This document shows, piece by piece, positions 1 through 13,800 of a stretch of 64,000 nucleotides of DNA. The DNA comes from Eledone cirrhosa. Taxonomy: Eukaryota. Every line of letters starts with the position of its first letter. The stretch's first letter is position 1. A program made the translations under genes and the position numbers. The notes beneath the pieces are model-generated. The model was not told the origin of the DNA. It made no database searches and was given only the letters and a program-made list of their open reading frames with translations. The stretch spans positions 178,994,001 to 179,058,000 of the forward strand of contig OZ024743.1 in NCBI GenBank assembly GCA_964016885.1, given 5' to 3'.

Positions 1-489
1 TGGTGTTGTCAGTAGTGTGGTTGTTGGTGTTGTCAGTGTTGTGGTTGTTGGTGTTGTCAGTAGTGTGGCTGTTGGTGTTGTCAGTGGTGTGGTTGTTGCT
101 GTTGTCTGTGGTGTGGTTGTTGGTGTTGTCAGTGGTGTGGTTGTTGGTGTTGTCAGTAGTGTGGTTATTGCTGTTGTCAGTGGTGTGGTTGTTGGTGTTT
201 TGTCAGTGGTGTGGTTGTTGGTGTTGTCAGTAGTGTGGTTGTTGGTGTTGTCAGTGGTGTGGTTATTCGTGTTGTCAGTGGTGTGGTTGTTGGTGTTGTC
301 AGTAGTGTGGTTGTTGGTGTTGTCAGTGGTGTGGTTGTTGGTGTTGTCAGTAGTGTGGTTGTTGGTGTTGTCAGTGGTGTGGATGTTGGTGTTGTCAGTG
401 GTGTGGTTGTTGGTGTTGTCAGTGGTGTGGTTGTTGGTGTTGTCAGTGGTGTGGTTGTTGGTGTTGTCTGTGGTGTGGTTGTTGGTGTT

Positions 490-3400
490 GTCAGTAGTGT
501 GGATGTTGGTGTTGTCAGTGGTGTGGTTGTTGGTGTTGTCACTGGTGTGGTTGTTGGTGTTGTCAGTGGTGGGGTTGTTGGTGTTGTCAGTGGTGTGGAT
601 GTTGGTGTTGACAGTGGTGTGGTTGTTGGTGTTGTCAGTGGTGTGGTTGTTGGTGTTGTCAGTTGTGTGGTTGTAGGTGTTGTCAGTGGTGTGGTTGTTG
701 GTGTTGTCAGTTGTGTGGTTGTAGGTGTTGTCAGTGGTGTGGTTGTTGGTGTTGTCAGTGGTGTGGTTGTTGGTGTTGTCAGTGGTGTGGTTGTTGGTGT
801 TGTCAGTTGTGTGGTTGTTGGTGTTGTCAGTGGTGTGGTTGTTGGTGTTGTCAGTGGTGTGGTTGTTGGTGTTGTCAGTGGTGTGGTTGTTGGTGTTGTC
901 AGTGGTGTGGTTGTTGGTGTTGTCAGTGGTGTGGTTGTTGGTGTTGTCAGTGGTGTGGTTGTTGGTGTTGTCAGTTGTGTGGTTGTAGGTGTTGTCAGTG
1001 GTGTGGTTGTTGGTGTTGTCAGTGGTGTGGTTGTTGGTGTTGTCAGTGGTGTGGTTGTAGGTGTTGTCAGTGGTGTGGTTGTTGGTGTTGTCAGTGGTGT
1101 GGTTGTTGGTGTTGTCAGTGGTGTGGTTGTTGGTGTTGTCAGTGGTGTGGTTGTTGGTGTTGTCAGTGGTGTGGTTGTTGGTGTTGTCAGTGGTGTGGTT
1201 GTTGGTGTTGTCAGTGGTGTGGTTGTTGGTGTTGTCAGTGGTGTGGTTGTTGGTGTTGTCACTGGTGTGGTTGTTGGTGTTGTCAGTGGTGGGGTTGTTG
1301 GTGTTGTCAGTGGTGTGGTTGTTGGTGTTGTCAGTAGTGTGGATGTTGGTGTTGTCAGTGGTGTGGTTGTTGGTGTTGTCACTGGTGTGGTTGTTGGTGT
1401 TGTCAGTGGTGTGGTTGTTGGTGTTGTCAGTGGTGTGGTTGTTGGTGTTGTCAGTGGTGTGGATGTTGGTGTTGTCAGTAGTGTGGTTGTTTGTGTTGTC
1501 AGTGGTGTGGATGTTGGTGTTGTCAGTGGTGTGGTTGTTTGTGTTGTCAGTGGTGTGGTTGTTGGTGTTGTCAGTGGTGTGGTTGTTGGTGTTGTCAGTG
1601 GTGTGGTTGTTGGTGTTGTCAGTGGTGTGGTTGTTGGTGTTGTCAGTGGTGTGGTTGTTGGTGTTGACAGTGGTGTGGTTGTTGGTGTTGTCAGTGGTGT
1701 GGATGTTGGTGTTGTCAGTGGTGTGGTTGTTGGTGTTGTCAGTGGTGTGGTTTTTGGTGTTGTCAGTGGTGTGGTTGTTGGTGTTGTCTGTGGTGTGGTT
1801 GTTGGTGTTGTCAGTGGTGTGGTTGTTGGTGTTGTCAGTGGTGTGGTTGTTGGTGTTGTCACTGGTGTGGTTGGTGGTGTTGTCAGTAGTGTGGTTGTTG
1901 GTGTTGTCAGTGGTGTGGTTGTTGGTGTTGTCAGTAGTGTGGTTGTTGGTGTTGTCAGTGGTGTGGTTGTTGGTGTTGTCAGTAGTGTGGTTGTTGGTGT
2001 TGTCAGTGGTGTGGTTGTTGGTGTTGTCAGTGGTGTGGTTGTTGGTGTTGTCTGTGGTGTGGTTGTTGCTGTTGTCAGTTGTGTGGTTGTAGGTGTTGTC
2101 AGTGGTGTGGTTGTTGGTGTTGTCAGTGGTGTGGTTGTTGGTGTTGTCAGTAGTGTGGTTGTTGGTGTTGTCAGTGGTGTGGTTGTTGGTGTTGTCAGTG
2201 GTGTGGTTGTTGGTGTTGTCTGTGGTGTGGTTGTTGGTGTTGTCAGTGGTGTGGTTGTTGGTGTTGTCAGTGGTGTGGCTGTTGGTGTTGTCAGTGGTGT
2301 GGTTGTTGGTGTTGTCATGGGTGTGGTTGTTGGTGTTGTCAGTAGTGTGGTTGTTGGTGTTGTCAGTGGTGTGGTTGTTGGTGTTGTCAGTAGTGTGGTT
2401 GTTGGTGTTGTCAGTAGTGTGGTTGTTGGTGTTGTCAGTGGTGTGGTTGTTGGTGTTGTCAGTAGTGTGGTTGTTGGTGTTGTCAGTGGTGTGGTTGTTG
2501 GTGTTGTCAGTGGTGTGGTTGTTGGTGTTGTCAGTGGTGTGGTTGTTGGTGTTGTCAGTAGTGTGGTTGTTGGTGTTGTCAGTAGTGTGGTTGTTGGTGT
2601 TGTCAGTGGTGTGGTTGTTGGTGTTGTCAGTGGTGTGGTTGTTGGTGTTGTCAGTAGTGTGGTTGTTGGTGTTGTCAGTAGTGTGGTTGTTGGTGTTGTC
2701 AGTGGCGTGGTTGTTGGTGTTGTCAGTGGTGTGGTTGTTGGTGTTGTCAGTGGTGTGGTTGTTGGTGTTGTCTGTGGTGTGGTTGTTGGTGTTGTCAGTT
2801 GTGTGGTTGTTGGTGTTGTCAGTGGTGTGGTTGTTGGTGTTGTCAGTGGCGTGGTTGTTGGTGTTGTCAGTGGTGTGGTTGTTGGTGTTGTCAGTGGTGT
2901 GGTTGTTGGTGTTGTCTGTGGTGTGGTTGTTGGTGTTGTCAGTGGTGTGGTTGTTGGTGTTGTCAGTGGTGTGGTTGTTGGTGTTGTCAGTAGTGTGGTT
3001 GTTGGTGTTGTCAGTGGCGTGGTTGTTGGTGTTGTCAGTGGTGTGGTTGTTGGTGTTGTCAGTGGTGTGGTTGTTGGTGTTGTCTGTGGTGTGGTTGTTG
3101 GTGTTGTCAGTGGTGTGGTTGTTGGTGTTGTCAGTGGTGTGGTTGTTGGTGTTGTCAGTAGTGTGGTTGTTGGTGTTGTCAGTGGTGTGGCTGTTGGTGT
3201 TGTCAGTGGTGTGGTTGTTGGTGTTGTCAGTGGTGTGGTTGTTGGTGTTGTCAGTGGTGTGGTTGTTGGTGTTGTCAGTGGTGTGGTTGTTGGTGTTGTC
3301 AGTGGTGTGGTTGTTGGTGTTGTCAGTGGTGTGGCTGTTGGTGTTGTCAGTAGTGTGGTTGTTGGTGTTGTCAGTACTGTGGATGTTGGTGTTGTCAGTG

Positions 3401-5520
3401 GTGTGGTTGTTGGTGTTGTCACTGGTGTGGTTGTTGGTGTTGTCAGTAGTGTGGATGTTGGTGTTGTCAGTGGTGTGGTTGTTGGTGTTGTCAGTGGTGT
3501 GGTTGTTGGTGTTGTCAGTGGTGTGGTTGTTGGTGTTGTCAGTAGTGTGGATGTTGGTGTTGTCAGTGGTGTGGTTGTTGGTGTTGTCACTGGTGTGGTT
3601 GTTGGTGTTGTCAGTGGTGGGGTTGTTGGTGTTGTCAGTGGTGTGGATGTTGGTGTTGACAGTGGTGTGGTTGTTGGTGTTGTCAGTGGTGTGGTTGTTG
3701 GTGTTGTCAGTTGTGTGGTTGTAGGTGTTGTCAGTGGTGTGGTTGTTGGTGTTGTCAGTTGTGTGGTTGTAGGTGTTGTCAGTGGTGTGGTTGTTGGTGT
3801 TGTCAGTGGTGTGGTTGTTGGTGTTGTCAGTGGTGTGGTTGTTGGTGTTGTCAGTGGTGTGGTTGTTGGTGTTGTCAGTGGTGTGGTTGTTGGTGTTGTC
3901 AGTGGTGTGGTTGTTGGTGTTGTCAGTGGTGTGGTTGTTGGTGTTGTCAGTGGTGTGGTTGTTGGTGTTGTCAGTGGTGTGGTTGTTGGTGTTGTCAGTT
4001 GTGTGGTTGTAGGTGTTGTCAGTGGTGTGGTTGTTGGTGTTGTCAGTGGTGTGGTTGTTGGTGTTGTCAGTGGTGTGGTTGTAGGTGTTGTCAGTGGTGT
4101 GGTTGTTGGTGTTGTCAGTGGTGTGGTTGTTGGTGTTGTCAGTGGTGTGGTTGTTGGTGTTGTCAGTGGTGTGGTTGTTGGTGTTGTCAGTGGTGTGGTT
4201 GTTGGTGTTGTCAGTGGTGTGGTTGTTGGTGTTGTCAGTGGTGTGGTTGTTGGTGTTGTCAGTGGTGTGGTTGTTGGTGTTGTCACTGGTGTGGTTGTTG
4301 GTGTTGTCAGTGGTGGGGTTGTTGGTGTTGTCAGTGGTGTGGTTGTTGGTGTTGTCAGTAGTGTGGATGTTGGTGTTGTCAGTGGTGTGGTTGTTGGTGT
4401 TGTCACTGGTGTGGTTGTTGGTGTTGTCGGTGGTGTGGTTGTTGGTGTTGTCAGTGGTGTGGTTGTTGGTGTTGTCAGTGGTGTGGATGTTGGTGTTGTC
4501 AGTAGTGTGGTTGTTTGTGTTGTCAGTGGTGTGGATGTTGGTGTTGTCAGTGGTGTGGTTGTTTGTGTTGTCAGTGGTGTGGTTGTTGGTGTTGTCAGTG
4601 GTGTGGTTGTTGGTGTTGTCAGTGGTGTGGTTGTTGGTGTTGTCAGTGGTGTGGTTGTTGGTGTTGTCAGTGGTGTGGTTGTTGGTGTTGACAGTGGTGT
4701 GGTTGTTGGTGTTGTCAGTGGTGTGGATGTTGGTGTTGTCAGTGGTGTGGTTGTTGGTGTTGTCAGTGGTGTGGTTTTTGGTGTTGTCAGTGGTGTGGTT
4801 GTTGGTGTTGTCTGTGGTGTGGTTGTTGGTGTTGTCAGTGGTGTGGTTGTTGGTGTTGTCAGTGGTGTGGTTGTTGGTGTTGTCACTGGTGTGGTTGGTG
4901 GTGTTGTCAGTAGTGTGGTTGTTGGTGTTGTCAGTGGTGTTGTTGTTGGTGTTGTCAGTAGTGTGGTTGTTGGTGTTGTCAGTGGTGTGGTTGTTGGTGT
5001 TGTCAGTGGTGTGGTTGTTGGTGTTGTCTGTGGTGTGGTTGTTGCTGTTGTCAGTTGTGTGGTTGTAGGTGTTGTCAGTGGTGTGGTTGTTGGTGTTGTC
5101 AGTGGTGTGGTTGTTGCTGTTGTCAGTAGTGTGGTTGTTGGTGTTGTCAGTGGTGTGGTTGTTGGTGTTGTCAGTGGTGTGGTTGTTGGTGTTGTCTGTG
5201 GTGTGGTTGTTGGTGTTGTCAGTGGTGTGGTTGTTGGTGTTGTCAGTGGTGTGGCTGTTGGTGTTGTCAGTGGTGTGGTTGTTGGTGTTGTCATGGGTGT
5301 GGTTGTTGGTGTTGTCAGTAGTGTGGTTGTTGGTGTTGTCAGTGGTGTGGTTGTTGGTGTTGTCAGTAGTGTGGTTGTTGGTGTTGTCAGTAGTGTGGTT
5401 GTTGGTGTTGTCAGTGGTGTGGTTGTTGGTGTTGTCAGTAGTGTGGTTGTTGGTGTTGTCAGTGGTGTGGTTGTTGGTGTTGTCAGTGGTGTGGTTGTTG
5501 GTGTTGTCAGTGGTGTGGTT
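490..5520. repeat. Imperfect ~3 kb higher-order duplication within satellite (offset 3048 shrinking to 2976 bp); boundaries approximate
   Basis: Same ordered rare variants recur (ggtGGg, gAcagt, gtAggt, gtttgt, tttttggt; gtcATGggt at ~2317 and ~5293). ORF starts 663 and 3711 differ by 3048 = 127x24. Confidence 0.85.
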
Positions 5521-5559
5521 GTTGGTGTTGTCAGTAGTGTGGTTGTTGGTGTTGTCAGT

Positions 5560-7860
5560 GGTGTGGTTGTTGGTGTTGTCAGTGGTGTGGTTGTTGGTGT
5601 TGTCAGTAGTGTGGTTGTTGGTGTTGTCAGTAGTGTGGTTGTTGATGTTGTCAGTGGTGTGGTTGTTGGTGTTGTCAGTGGTGTGGTTGTTGGTGTTGTC
5701 AGTAGTGTGGTTGTTGGTGTTGTCAGTAGTGTGGTTGTTGGTGTTGTCAGTGGTGTGGTTGTTGGTGTTGTCAGTAGTGTGGTTGTTGGTGTTGTCAGTA
5801 GTGTGGTTGTTGGTGTTGTCAGTGGTGTGGTTGTTGGTGTTGTCAGTAGTGTGGTTGTTGGTGTTGTCAGTAGTGTGGTTGTTGGTGTTGTCAGTGGTGT
5901 GGTTGTTGGTGTTGACAGTGGTGTGGATGTTGGTGTTGACAGTGTTGTGGTTGTTGGTGTTGTCAGTAGTGTGGATGTTGGTGTTGTCAGTAGTGTGGTT
6001 GTTGGTGTTGTCAGTGGCGTGGTTGTTGGTGTTGTCAGTGGTGTGGATGTTGGTGTTGTCAGTAGTGTAGTTGTTGGTGTTGTCAGTGGTGTGGTTGTTG
6101 TTGTTGTCAGTGGTGTGGTTGTTGGTGTTGTCAGTGGTGTGGTTGTTGGTGTTGTCAGTGGTGTGGTTGTTGGTGTTGTCAGTGGTGTGGTTGTTGGTGT
6201 TGTCAGTGGTGTGGTTGTTGGTGTTGTCAGTGGTGTGGTTGTTGGTGTTGTCAGTGGTGTGGTTGTTGGTGTTGTCTGTGGTGTGGTTGTTGGTGTTGTC
6301 AGTGGTGTGGTTGTTGGTGTTGTCAGTAGTGTGGTTGTTGGTGTTGTCAGTGGTGTGGTTGTTGGTGTTGTCAGTGGTGTGGTTGTTGGTGTTGTCAGTG
6401 GTGTGGTTGTTGGTGTTGTCAGTGGTGTGTTTGTTGGTGTTCTTAGTAGTGTGGTTGTTGGTGTTGTCAGTTGTGTGGTTGTTGGTGTTGTCTGTGGTGT
6501 GGTTGTTGGTGTTGTCTGTGGTGTGGATGTTGGTGTTGTCAGTGGTGTGGTCGTTGGTGTTGTCAGTGGTGTGGTTGTTGGTGTTGTCAGTAGTGTGGTT
6601 GTTGGTGTTGTCAGTAGTGTGGTTGTTGGTGTTGTCAGTAGTGTGGTTGTTGGTGTTGTCAGTAGTGTGGATGTTGGTGTTGTCAGTGGTGTGGTTGTTG
6701 GTGTTGTCAGTGGTGTGGTTGTTGGTGTTGTCAGTGGTGTGGTTATTCGTGTTGTCAGTGGTGTGGTTGTTGGTGTTGTCAGTGGTGTGGTTGTTGGTGT
6801 TGTCAGTAGTGTGGTTGTTGGTGTTGTCAGTAGTGTGGTTGTTGATGTTGTCAGTGGTGTGGTTGTTGGTGTTGTCAGTGGTGTGGTTGTTGGTGTTGTC
6901 AGTAGTGTGGTTGTTGGTGTTGTCAGTAGTGTGGTTGTTGGTGTTGTCAGTGGTGTGGTTGTTGGTGTTGTCAGTAGTGTGGTTGTTGGTGTTGTCAGTA
7001 GTGTGGTTGTTGGTGTTGTCAGTGGTGTGGTTGTTGGTGTTGTCAGTAGTGTGGTTGTTGGTGTTGTCAGTAGTGTGGTTGTTGGTGTTGTCAGTGGTGT
7101 GGTTGTTGGTGTTGACAGTGGTGTGGATGTTGGTGTTGACAGTGTTGTGGTTGTTGGTGTTGTCAGTAGTGTGGATGTTGGTGTTGTCAGTAGTGTGGTT
7201 GTTGGCGTTGTCAGTGGCGTGGTTGTTGGTGTTGTCAGTGGTGTGGATGTTGGTGTTGTCAGTAGTGTAGTTGTTGGTGTTGTCAGTGGTGTGGTTGTTG
7301 TTGTTGTCAGTGGTGTGGTTGTTGGTGTTGTCAGTGGTGTGGTTGTTGGTGTTGTCAGTGGTGTGGTTGTTGGTGTTGTCAGTGGTGTGGTTGTTGGTGT
7401 TGTCAGTGGTGTGGTTGTTGGTGTTGTCAGTGGTGTGGTTGTTGGTGTTGTCTGTGGTGTGGTTGTTGGTGTTGTCAGTGGTGTGGTTGTTGGTGTTGTC
7501 AGTAGTGTGGTTGTTGGTGTTGTCAGTGGTGTGGTTGTTGGTGTTGTCAGTGGTGTGGTTGTTGGTGTTGTCAGTGGTGTGGTTGTTGGTGTTGTCAGTG
7601 GTGTGTTTGTTGGTGTTCTTAGTAGTGTGGTTGTTGGTGTTGTCAGTTGTGTGGTTGTTGGTGTTGTCTGTGGTGTGGTTGTTGGTGTTGTCTGTGGTGT
7701 GGATGTTGGTGTTGTCAGTGGTGTGGTCGTTGGTGTTGTCAGTGGTGTGGTTGTTGGTGTTGTCAGTAGTGTGGTTGTTGGTGTTGTCAGTAGTGTGGTT
7801 GTTGGTGTTGTCAGTAGTGTGGTTGTTGGTGTTGTCAGTAGTGTGGATGTTGGTGTTGTC
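5560..7860. repeat. ~1.2 kb (50-monomer) tandem higher-order duplication; boundaries approximate
   Basis: gttgAtgtt at 5641/6841; gtgtAgtt stop at 6070/7270; gttCTTagt at ~6442/~7618 (offset 1176 after loss of one monomer). Confidence 0.85.
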
Positions 7861-10800
7861 AGTAGTGTGGTTGTTGGTGTTGTCAGTGGTGTGGTTGTTG
7901 GTGTTGTCAGTGGTGTGGCTGTTGGTGTTGTCTGTGGTGTGGTTGTTGGTGTTGTCAGTGGTGTGGTTGTTGGTGTTGTCAGTAGTGTGGTTGTTGGTGT
8001 TGTCAGTAGTGTGGTTGTTGGTGTTGTCAGTAGTGTGGTTGTTGGTGTTGTCAGTAGTGTGGTTGTTGGTGTTGTCAGTAGTGTGGTTGTTGGTGTTGTC
8101 AGTAGTGTGGTTGTTGGTGTTGTCAGTAGTGTGTTTGTTGGTGTTGTCAGTAGTGTGGTTGTTGGTGTTGTCAGTAGTGTGGATGTTGGTGTTGTCAGTA
8201 GTGTGGATGTTGGTGTTGTCAGTAGTGTGGTTGTTGGTGTTGTCAGTAGTGTGGTTGTTGGTGTTGTCAGTAGTGTGGATGTTGGTGTTGTCAGTAGTGT
8301 GGATGTTGGTGTTGTCAGTAGTGTGGATGTTGGTGTTGTCAGTAGTGTGGATGTTGGTGTTGTCAGTAGTGTGGTTGTTGGTGTTGTCAGTGGTGTGGTT
8401 GTTGGTGTTGTCAGTAGTGTGGTTGTTGGTGTTGTCAGTAGTGTGGTTGTTGGTGTTGTCAGTAGTGTGGTTGTTGGTGTTGTCAGTAGTGTGGATGTTG
8501 GTGTTGTCAGTAGTGTGGTTGTTGGTGTTGTCAGTGGTGTGGTTGTTGGTGTTGTCAGTGGTGTGGCTGTTGGTGTTGTCTGTGGTGTGGTTGTTGGTGT
8601 TGTCAGTGGTGTGGCTGTTGGTGTTGTCAGTGGTGTGGTTGTTGGTGTTGTCAGTGGTGTGGTTGTTGGTGTTGTCAGTAGTGTGGATGTTGGTGTTGTC
8701 AGTAGTGTGGTTGTTGGTGTTGTCAGTGGTGTGGTTGTTGGTGTTGTCAGTGGTGTGGCTGTTGGTGTTGTCTGTGGTGTGGTTGTTGGTTTTGTCAGTA
8801 GTGTGGTTGTTGGTGTTGTCAGTAGTGTGGATGTTGGTGTTGTCAGTGGTGTGGTTGTTGGTGTTGTCAGTAGTGTGGATGTTGGTGTTGTCAGTAGTGT
8901 GGTTGTTGGTGTTGTCAGTGGTGTGGTTGTTGGTGTTGTCAGTGGTGTGGCTGTTGGTGTTGTCAGTGGTGTGGTTGTTGGTGTTGTCAGTAGTGTGGAT
9001 GTTGGTGTTGTCAGTAGTGTGGTTGTTGGTGTTGTCAGTGGTGTGGTTGTTGGTGTTGTCAGTGGTGTGGCTGTTGGTGTTGTCAGTGGTGTGGTTGTTG
9101 GTGTTGTCAGTGGTGTGGTTGTTGGTGTTGTCAGTAGTGTGGATGTTGGTGTTGTCAGTAGTGTGGTTGTTGGTGTTGTCAGTGGTGTGGTTGTTGGTGT
9201 TGTCAGCGGTGTGGCTGTTGGTGTTGTCTGTGGTGTGGTTGTTGGTGTTGTCAGTAGTGTGGTTGTTGGTGTTGTCAGTAGTGTGGATGTTGGTGTTGTC
9301 AGTGGTGTGGTTGTTGGTGTTGTCAGTGGTGTGGTTGTTGGTGTTGTCAGTGGTGTGGTTGTTGGTGTTGTCAGTGGTGTGGCTGTTGGTGTTGTCAGTA
9401 GTGTGGTTGTTGGTGTTGTCAGTAGTGTGGATGTTGGTGTTGTCAGTGGTGTGGTTGTTGGTGTTGTCAGTAGTGTGGTTGTTGGTGTTGTCAGTAGTGT
9501 GGATGTTGGTGTTGTCAGTGGTGTGGCTGTTGGTGTTGTCAGTAGTGTGGTTGTTGGTGTTGTCAGTAGTGTGGATGTTGGTGTTGTCAGTGGTGTGGTT
9601 GTTGGTGTTGTCACTGGTGTGGTTGTTGGTGTTGTCAGTGGTGTGGTTGTTGGTGTTGTCAGTGGTGTGGTTGTTGGTGTTGTCAGTGGTGTGGTTGTTG
9701 GTGTTGTCAGTGGTGTGGTTGTTGGTGTTGTCAGTAGTGTGGTTGTTGGTGTTGTCAGTGGTGTGGTTGTTGGTGTTGTCAGTGGTGTGGTTGTTGGTGT
9801 TGTCAGTAGTGTGGTTGTTGGTGTTGTCAGTGGTGTGGTTGTTGGTGTTGTCAGTGGTGTGGTTGTTGGTGTTGTCAGTGGTGTGGTTGTTGGTGTTGTC
9901 AGTGGTTTGGTTGTTGGTGTTGTCAGTGGTGTGGTTGTTGGTGTTGTCAGTGGTGTGGTTGTTGGTGTTGTCAGTGGTGTGGTTGTTGGTGTTGTCAGTA
10001 GTGTGGTTGTTGCTGTTGTCAGTGGTGTGGTTGTTGGTGTTGTCAGTGGTGTGGTTGTTGGTGTTGTCAGTAGTGTGGTTGTTGGTGTTGTCTGTGGTGT
10101 GGTTGTTGGTGTTGTCTGTGGTGTGGTTGTTGGTGTTGTCAGTAGTGTGGTTGATGGTGTTGTCAGTGGTATGGTTGTTGGTGTTGTCAGTAGTGTGGCT
10201 GTTGGTGTTGTCAGTGGTGTGGTTGTTGGTGTTGTCAGTGGTGTGGTTGTTGGTGTTGTCAGTAGTGTGGTTGTTGGTGTTGTCAGTGGTGTGGTTGTTG
10301 GTGTTGTCAGTGGTGTGGTTGTTGGTGTTGTCTGTGGTGTGGTTGTTGGTGTTGTCAGTGGTGTGGTTGTTGGTGTTGTCAGTGGTGTGGTTGTTGGTGT
10401 TGTCTGTGGTGTGGTTGTTGGTGTTGTTAGTAGTGTGGTTGTTGGTGTTGTCAGTGGTGTGGTTGTTGGTGTTGTCTGTGGTGTGGTTGTTGGTGTTGTC
10501 TGTGGTGTGGTTGTTGGTGTTGTCAGTAGTGTGGTTGTTGGTGTTGTCAGTGGTGTGGTTGTTGGTGTTGTCAGTGGTGTGGTTGTTGGTGTTGTCAGTG
10601 GTGTGGTTGTTGGTGTTGTCAGTGGTGTGGTTATTCGTGTTGTCAGTGGTGTGGTTGTTGGTGTTGTCAGTGGTGTGGTTGTTGGTGTTGTCAGTGGTGT
10701 GGTTGTTGGTGTTGTCTGTGGTGTGGTTGTTGGTGTTGTCAGTGGTGTGGTTGTTGGTGTTGTCTGTGGTGTGGTTGTTGGTGTTGTCAGTAGTGTGGTT

Positions 10801-13800
10801 GTTGGTGTTGTCAGTGGTGTGGTTGTTGGTGTTGTCAGTGGTGTGGTTGTTGGTGTTGTCAGTGGTGTGGTTGTTGGTGTTGTCAGTGGTGTGGTTATTC
10901 GTGTTGTCAGTAGTGTGGTTGTTGGTGTTGTCAGTAGTGTGGATGTTGGTGTTGTCTGTGGTGTGGTTGTTGGTGTTGTCAGTAGTGTGGTTGTTGGTGT
11001 TGTCAGTGGTGTGGTTGTTGGTGTTGTCAGTGGTGTGGTTGTTGGTGTTGTCAGTGGTGTGGTTGTTGGTGTTGTCAGTGGTGTGGTTATTCGCCTTGTC
11101 AGTAGTGTGGTTGTTGGTGTTGTCAGTAGTGTGGATGTTGGTGTTGTCAGTGGTGTGGTTGTTGGTGTTGTCAGTGGTGTGGTTGTTGGTGTTGTCAGTG
11201 GTGTGGTTGTTGGTGTTGTCAGTGGTGTGGTTGTTGGTGTTGTCAGTGGTGTGGTTATTCGTGTTGTCAGTAGTGTGGTTGTTGGTGTTGTCAGTAGTGT
11301 GGATGTTGGTGTTGTCAGTGGTGTGGTTGTTGGTGTTGTCAGTAGTGTGGTTGTTGGTGTTGTCAGTGGTGTGGTTGTTGGTGTTGTCAGTGGTGTGGTT
11401 GTTGGTGTTGTCAGTGGTGTGGTTGTTGGTGTTGACAGTAGTGTGGTTGTTGGTGTTGTCAGTGGTGTGGTTGTTGGTGTTGTCAGTGGTGTGGTTGTTG
11501 GTGTTGTCAGTAGTGTGGTTGTTGGTGTTGTCAGTGGTGTGGTTGTTGGTGTTGTCAGTGGTGTGGTTGTTGGTGTTGTCAGTAGTGTGGTTGTTGGTGT
11601 TGACAGTGGTGTGGCTGTTGGTGTTTTGTCAGTGGTGTGGTTGTTGGTGTTGTCAGTGGTGTGGTTATTCGTGTTGTCAGTGGTGTGGTTGTTGGTGTTG
11701 TCAGTGGTGTGGTTGTTGGTGTTGTCAGTGGTATGGTTGTTGGTGTTGTCAGTAGTGTGGTTGTTGTTGTTGTCAGTGGTGTGGTTGTTGGTGTTGTCAG
11801 TGGTGTGGTTGTAGGTGTTGTCAGTGGTGTGGTTGTTGGTGTTGTCAGTGGTGTGGTTGTTGGTGTTGTCAGTAGTGTGGATGTTGGTGTTGTCAGTGGT
11901 GTGGTTGTTGGTGTTGTCAGTGGTGTGGTTGTTGGTGTTGTCAGTGGTGGGGTTGTTGGTGTTGTCAGTGGTATGGATGTTGGTGTTGTCAGTGGTGTGG
12001 TTGTTGGTGTTGTCAGTGGTGTGGTTGTTGGTGTTGTCAGTGGTGTGGTTGTTGGTGTTGTCAGTAGTGTGGTTGTTGCTGTTGTCAGTGGTGTGGTTGT
12101 TGGTGTTGTCAGTAGTGTGGTTGTTGGTGTTGTCTGTGGTGTGGTTGTTGGTGTTGTCAGTTGTGTGGTTGTAGGTGTTGTCAGTGGTGTGGTCGTTGGT
12201 GTTGTCAGTGGTGTGGTTGTTGGTGTTGTCAGTGGTGTGGTTGTTGGTGTTGTCAGTGGTGTGGTTGTTGGTGTTGTCAGTGGTGTGGTTGTTGGTGTTG
12301 TCAGTGGTGTGGTTGTTGGTGTTGTCAGTGGTGTGGTTGTTGGTGTTGTCAGTGGTGTGGTTATTCGTGTTGTCAGTAGTGTGGTTGTTGGTGTTGTCAG
12401 TAGTGTGGATGTTGGTGTTGTCAGTGGTGTGGTTGTTGGTGTTGTCAGTAGTGTGGTTGTTGGTGTTGTCAGTTGTGTGGTTGTAGGTGTTGTCAGTGGT
12501 GTGGTTGTTGGTATTGTCAGTGGTGTGGTTGTTGGTGTTGTCAGTGGTGTGGTTGTTGGTGTTGTCAGTTGTGTGGTTGTAGGTGTTGTCAGTGGTGTGG
12601 TTGTTGGTATTGTCAGTGGTGTGGTTGTTGGTGTTGTCAGTAGTGTGGTTGTTGGTGTTGTCAGTTGTGTGGTTGTAGGTGTTGTCAGTGGTGTGGTTGT
12701 TGGTGTTGTCAGTGGTGTGGTTGTTGGTGTTGTCAGTTGTGTGGTTGTAGGTGTTGTCAGTGGTGTGGTTGTTGGTGTTGTCAGTGGTGTGGTTGTTGGT
12801 GTTGTCAGTGGTGTGGTTGTTGGTGTTGTCAGTGGTGTGGTTGTTGGTGTTGTCACTGGTGTGGTTGTTGGTGTTGTCAGTGGTGTGGTTGTTGGTGTTG
12901 TCAGTGGTGTGGTTGTTGGTGTTGTCAGTAGTGTGGATGTTGGTGTTGTCAGTGGTGTGGTTGTTGGTGTTGTCACTGGTGTGGTTGTTGGTGTTGTCAG
13001 TGGTGTGGTTGTTGGTGTTGTCAGTGGTGTGGTTGTTGGTGTTGTCAGTGGTGTGGATGTTGGTGTTGTCAGTAGTGTGGTTGTTTGTGTTGTCAGTGGT
13101 GTGGATGTTGGTGTTGTCAGTGGTGTGGTTGTTTGTGTTGTCAGTGGTGTGGTTGTTGGTGTTGTCAGTGGTGTGGTTGTTGGTGTTGTCAGTGGTGTGG
13201 TTGTTGGTGTTGTCAGTGGTGTGGTTGTTGGTGTTGTCAGTGGTGTGGTTGTTGGTGTTGTCAGTGGTGTGGTTGTTGGTGTTGTCAGTGGTGTGGTTGT
13301 TGGTGTTGTCTGTGGTGTGGTTGTTGGTGTTGTCAGTGGTGTGGTTGTTGGTGTTGTCAGTGGTGTGGTTGTTGGTGTTGTCAGTGGTGTGGTTGTTGGT
13401 GTTGTCAGTTGTGTGGTTGTTGGTGTTGTCAGTGGTGTGGTTGTTGGTGTTGTCAGTGGTGTGGTTGTTGGTGTTGTCAGTGGTGTGGTTGTTGGTGTTG
13501 TCAGTGGTGTGGTTGTTGGTGTTGTCAGTGGTGTGGTTGTTGGTGTTGTCAGTGGTGTGGTTGTTGGTGTTGTCAGTTGTGTGGTTGTAGGTGTTGTCAG
13601 TGGTGTGGTTGTTGGTGTTGTCAGTGGTGTGGTTGTTGGTGTTGTCAGTGGTGTGGTTGTTGGTGTTGTCAGTGGTGTGGTTGTTGGTGGTGTCTGTGGT
13701 GTGGTTGTTGGTGTTGTCAGTACTGTGGTTGTTGGTGTTGTCAGTGGTGTGGTTGTTGGTGTTGTCAGTAGTGTGGTTGTTGGTGTTGTCAGTAGTGTGG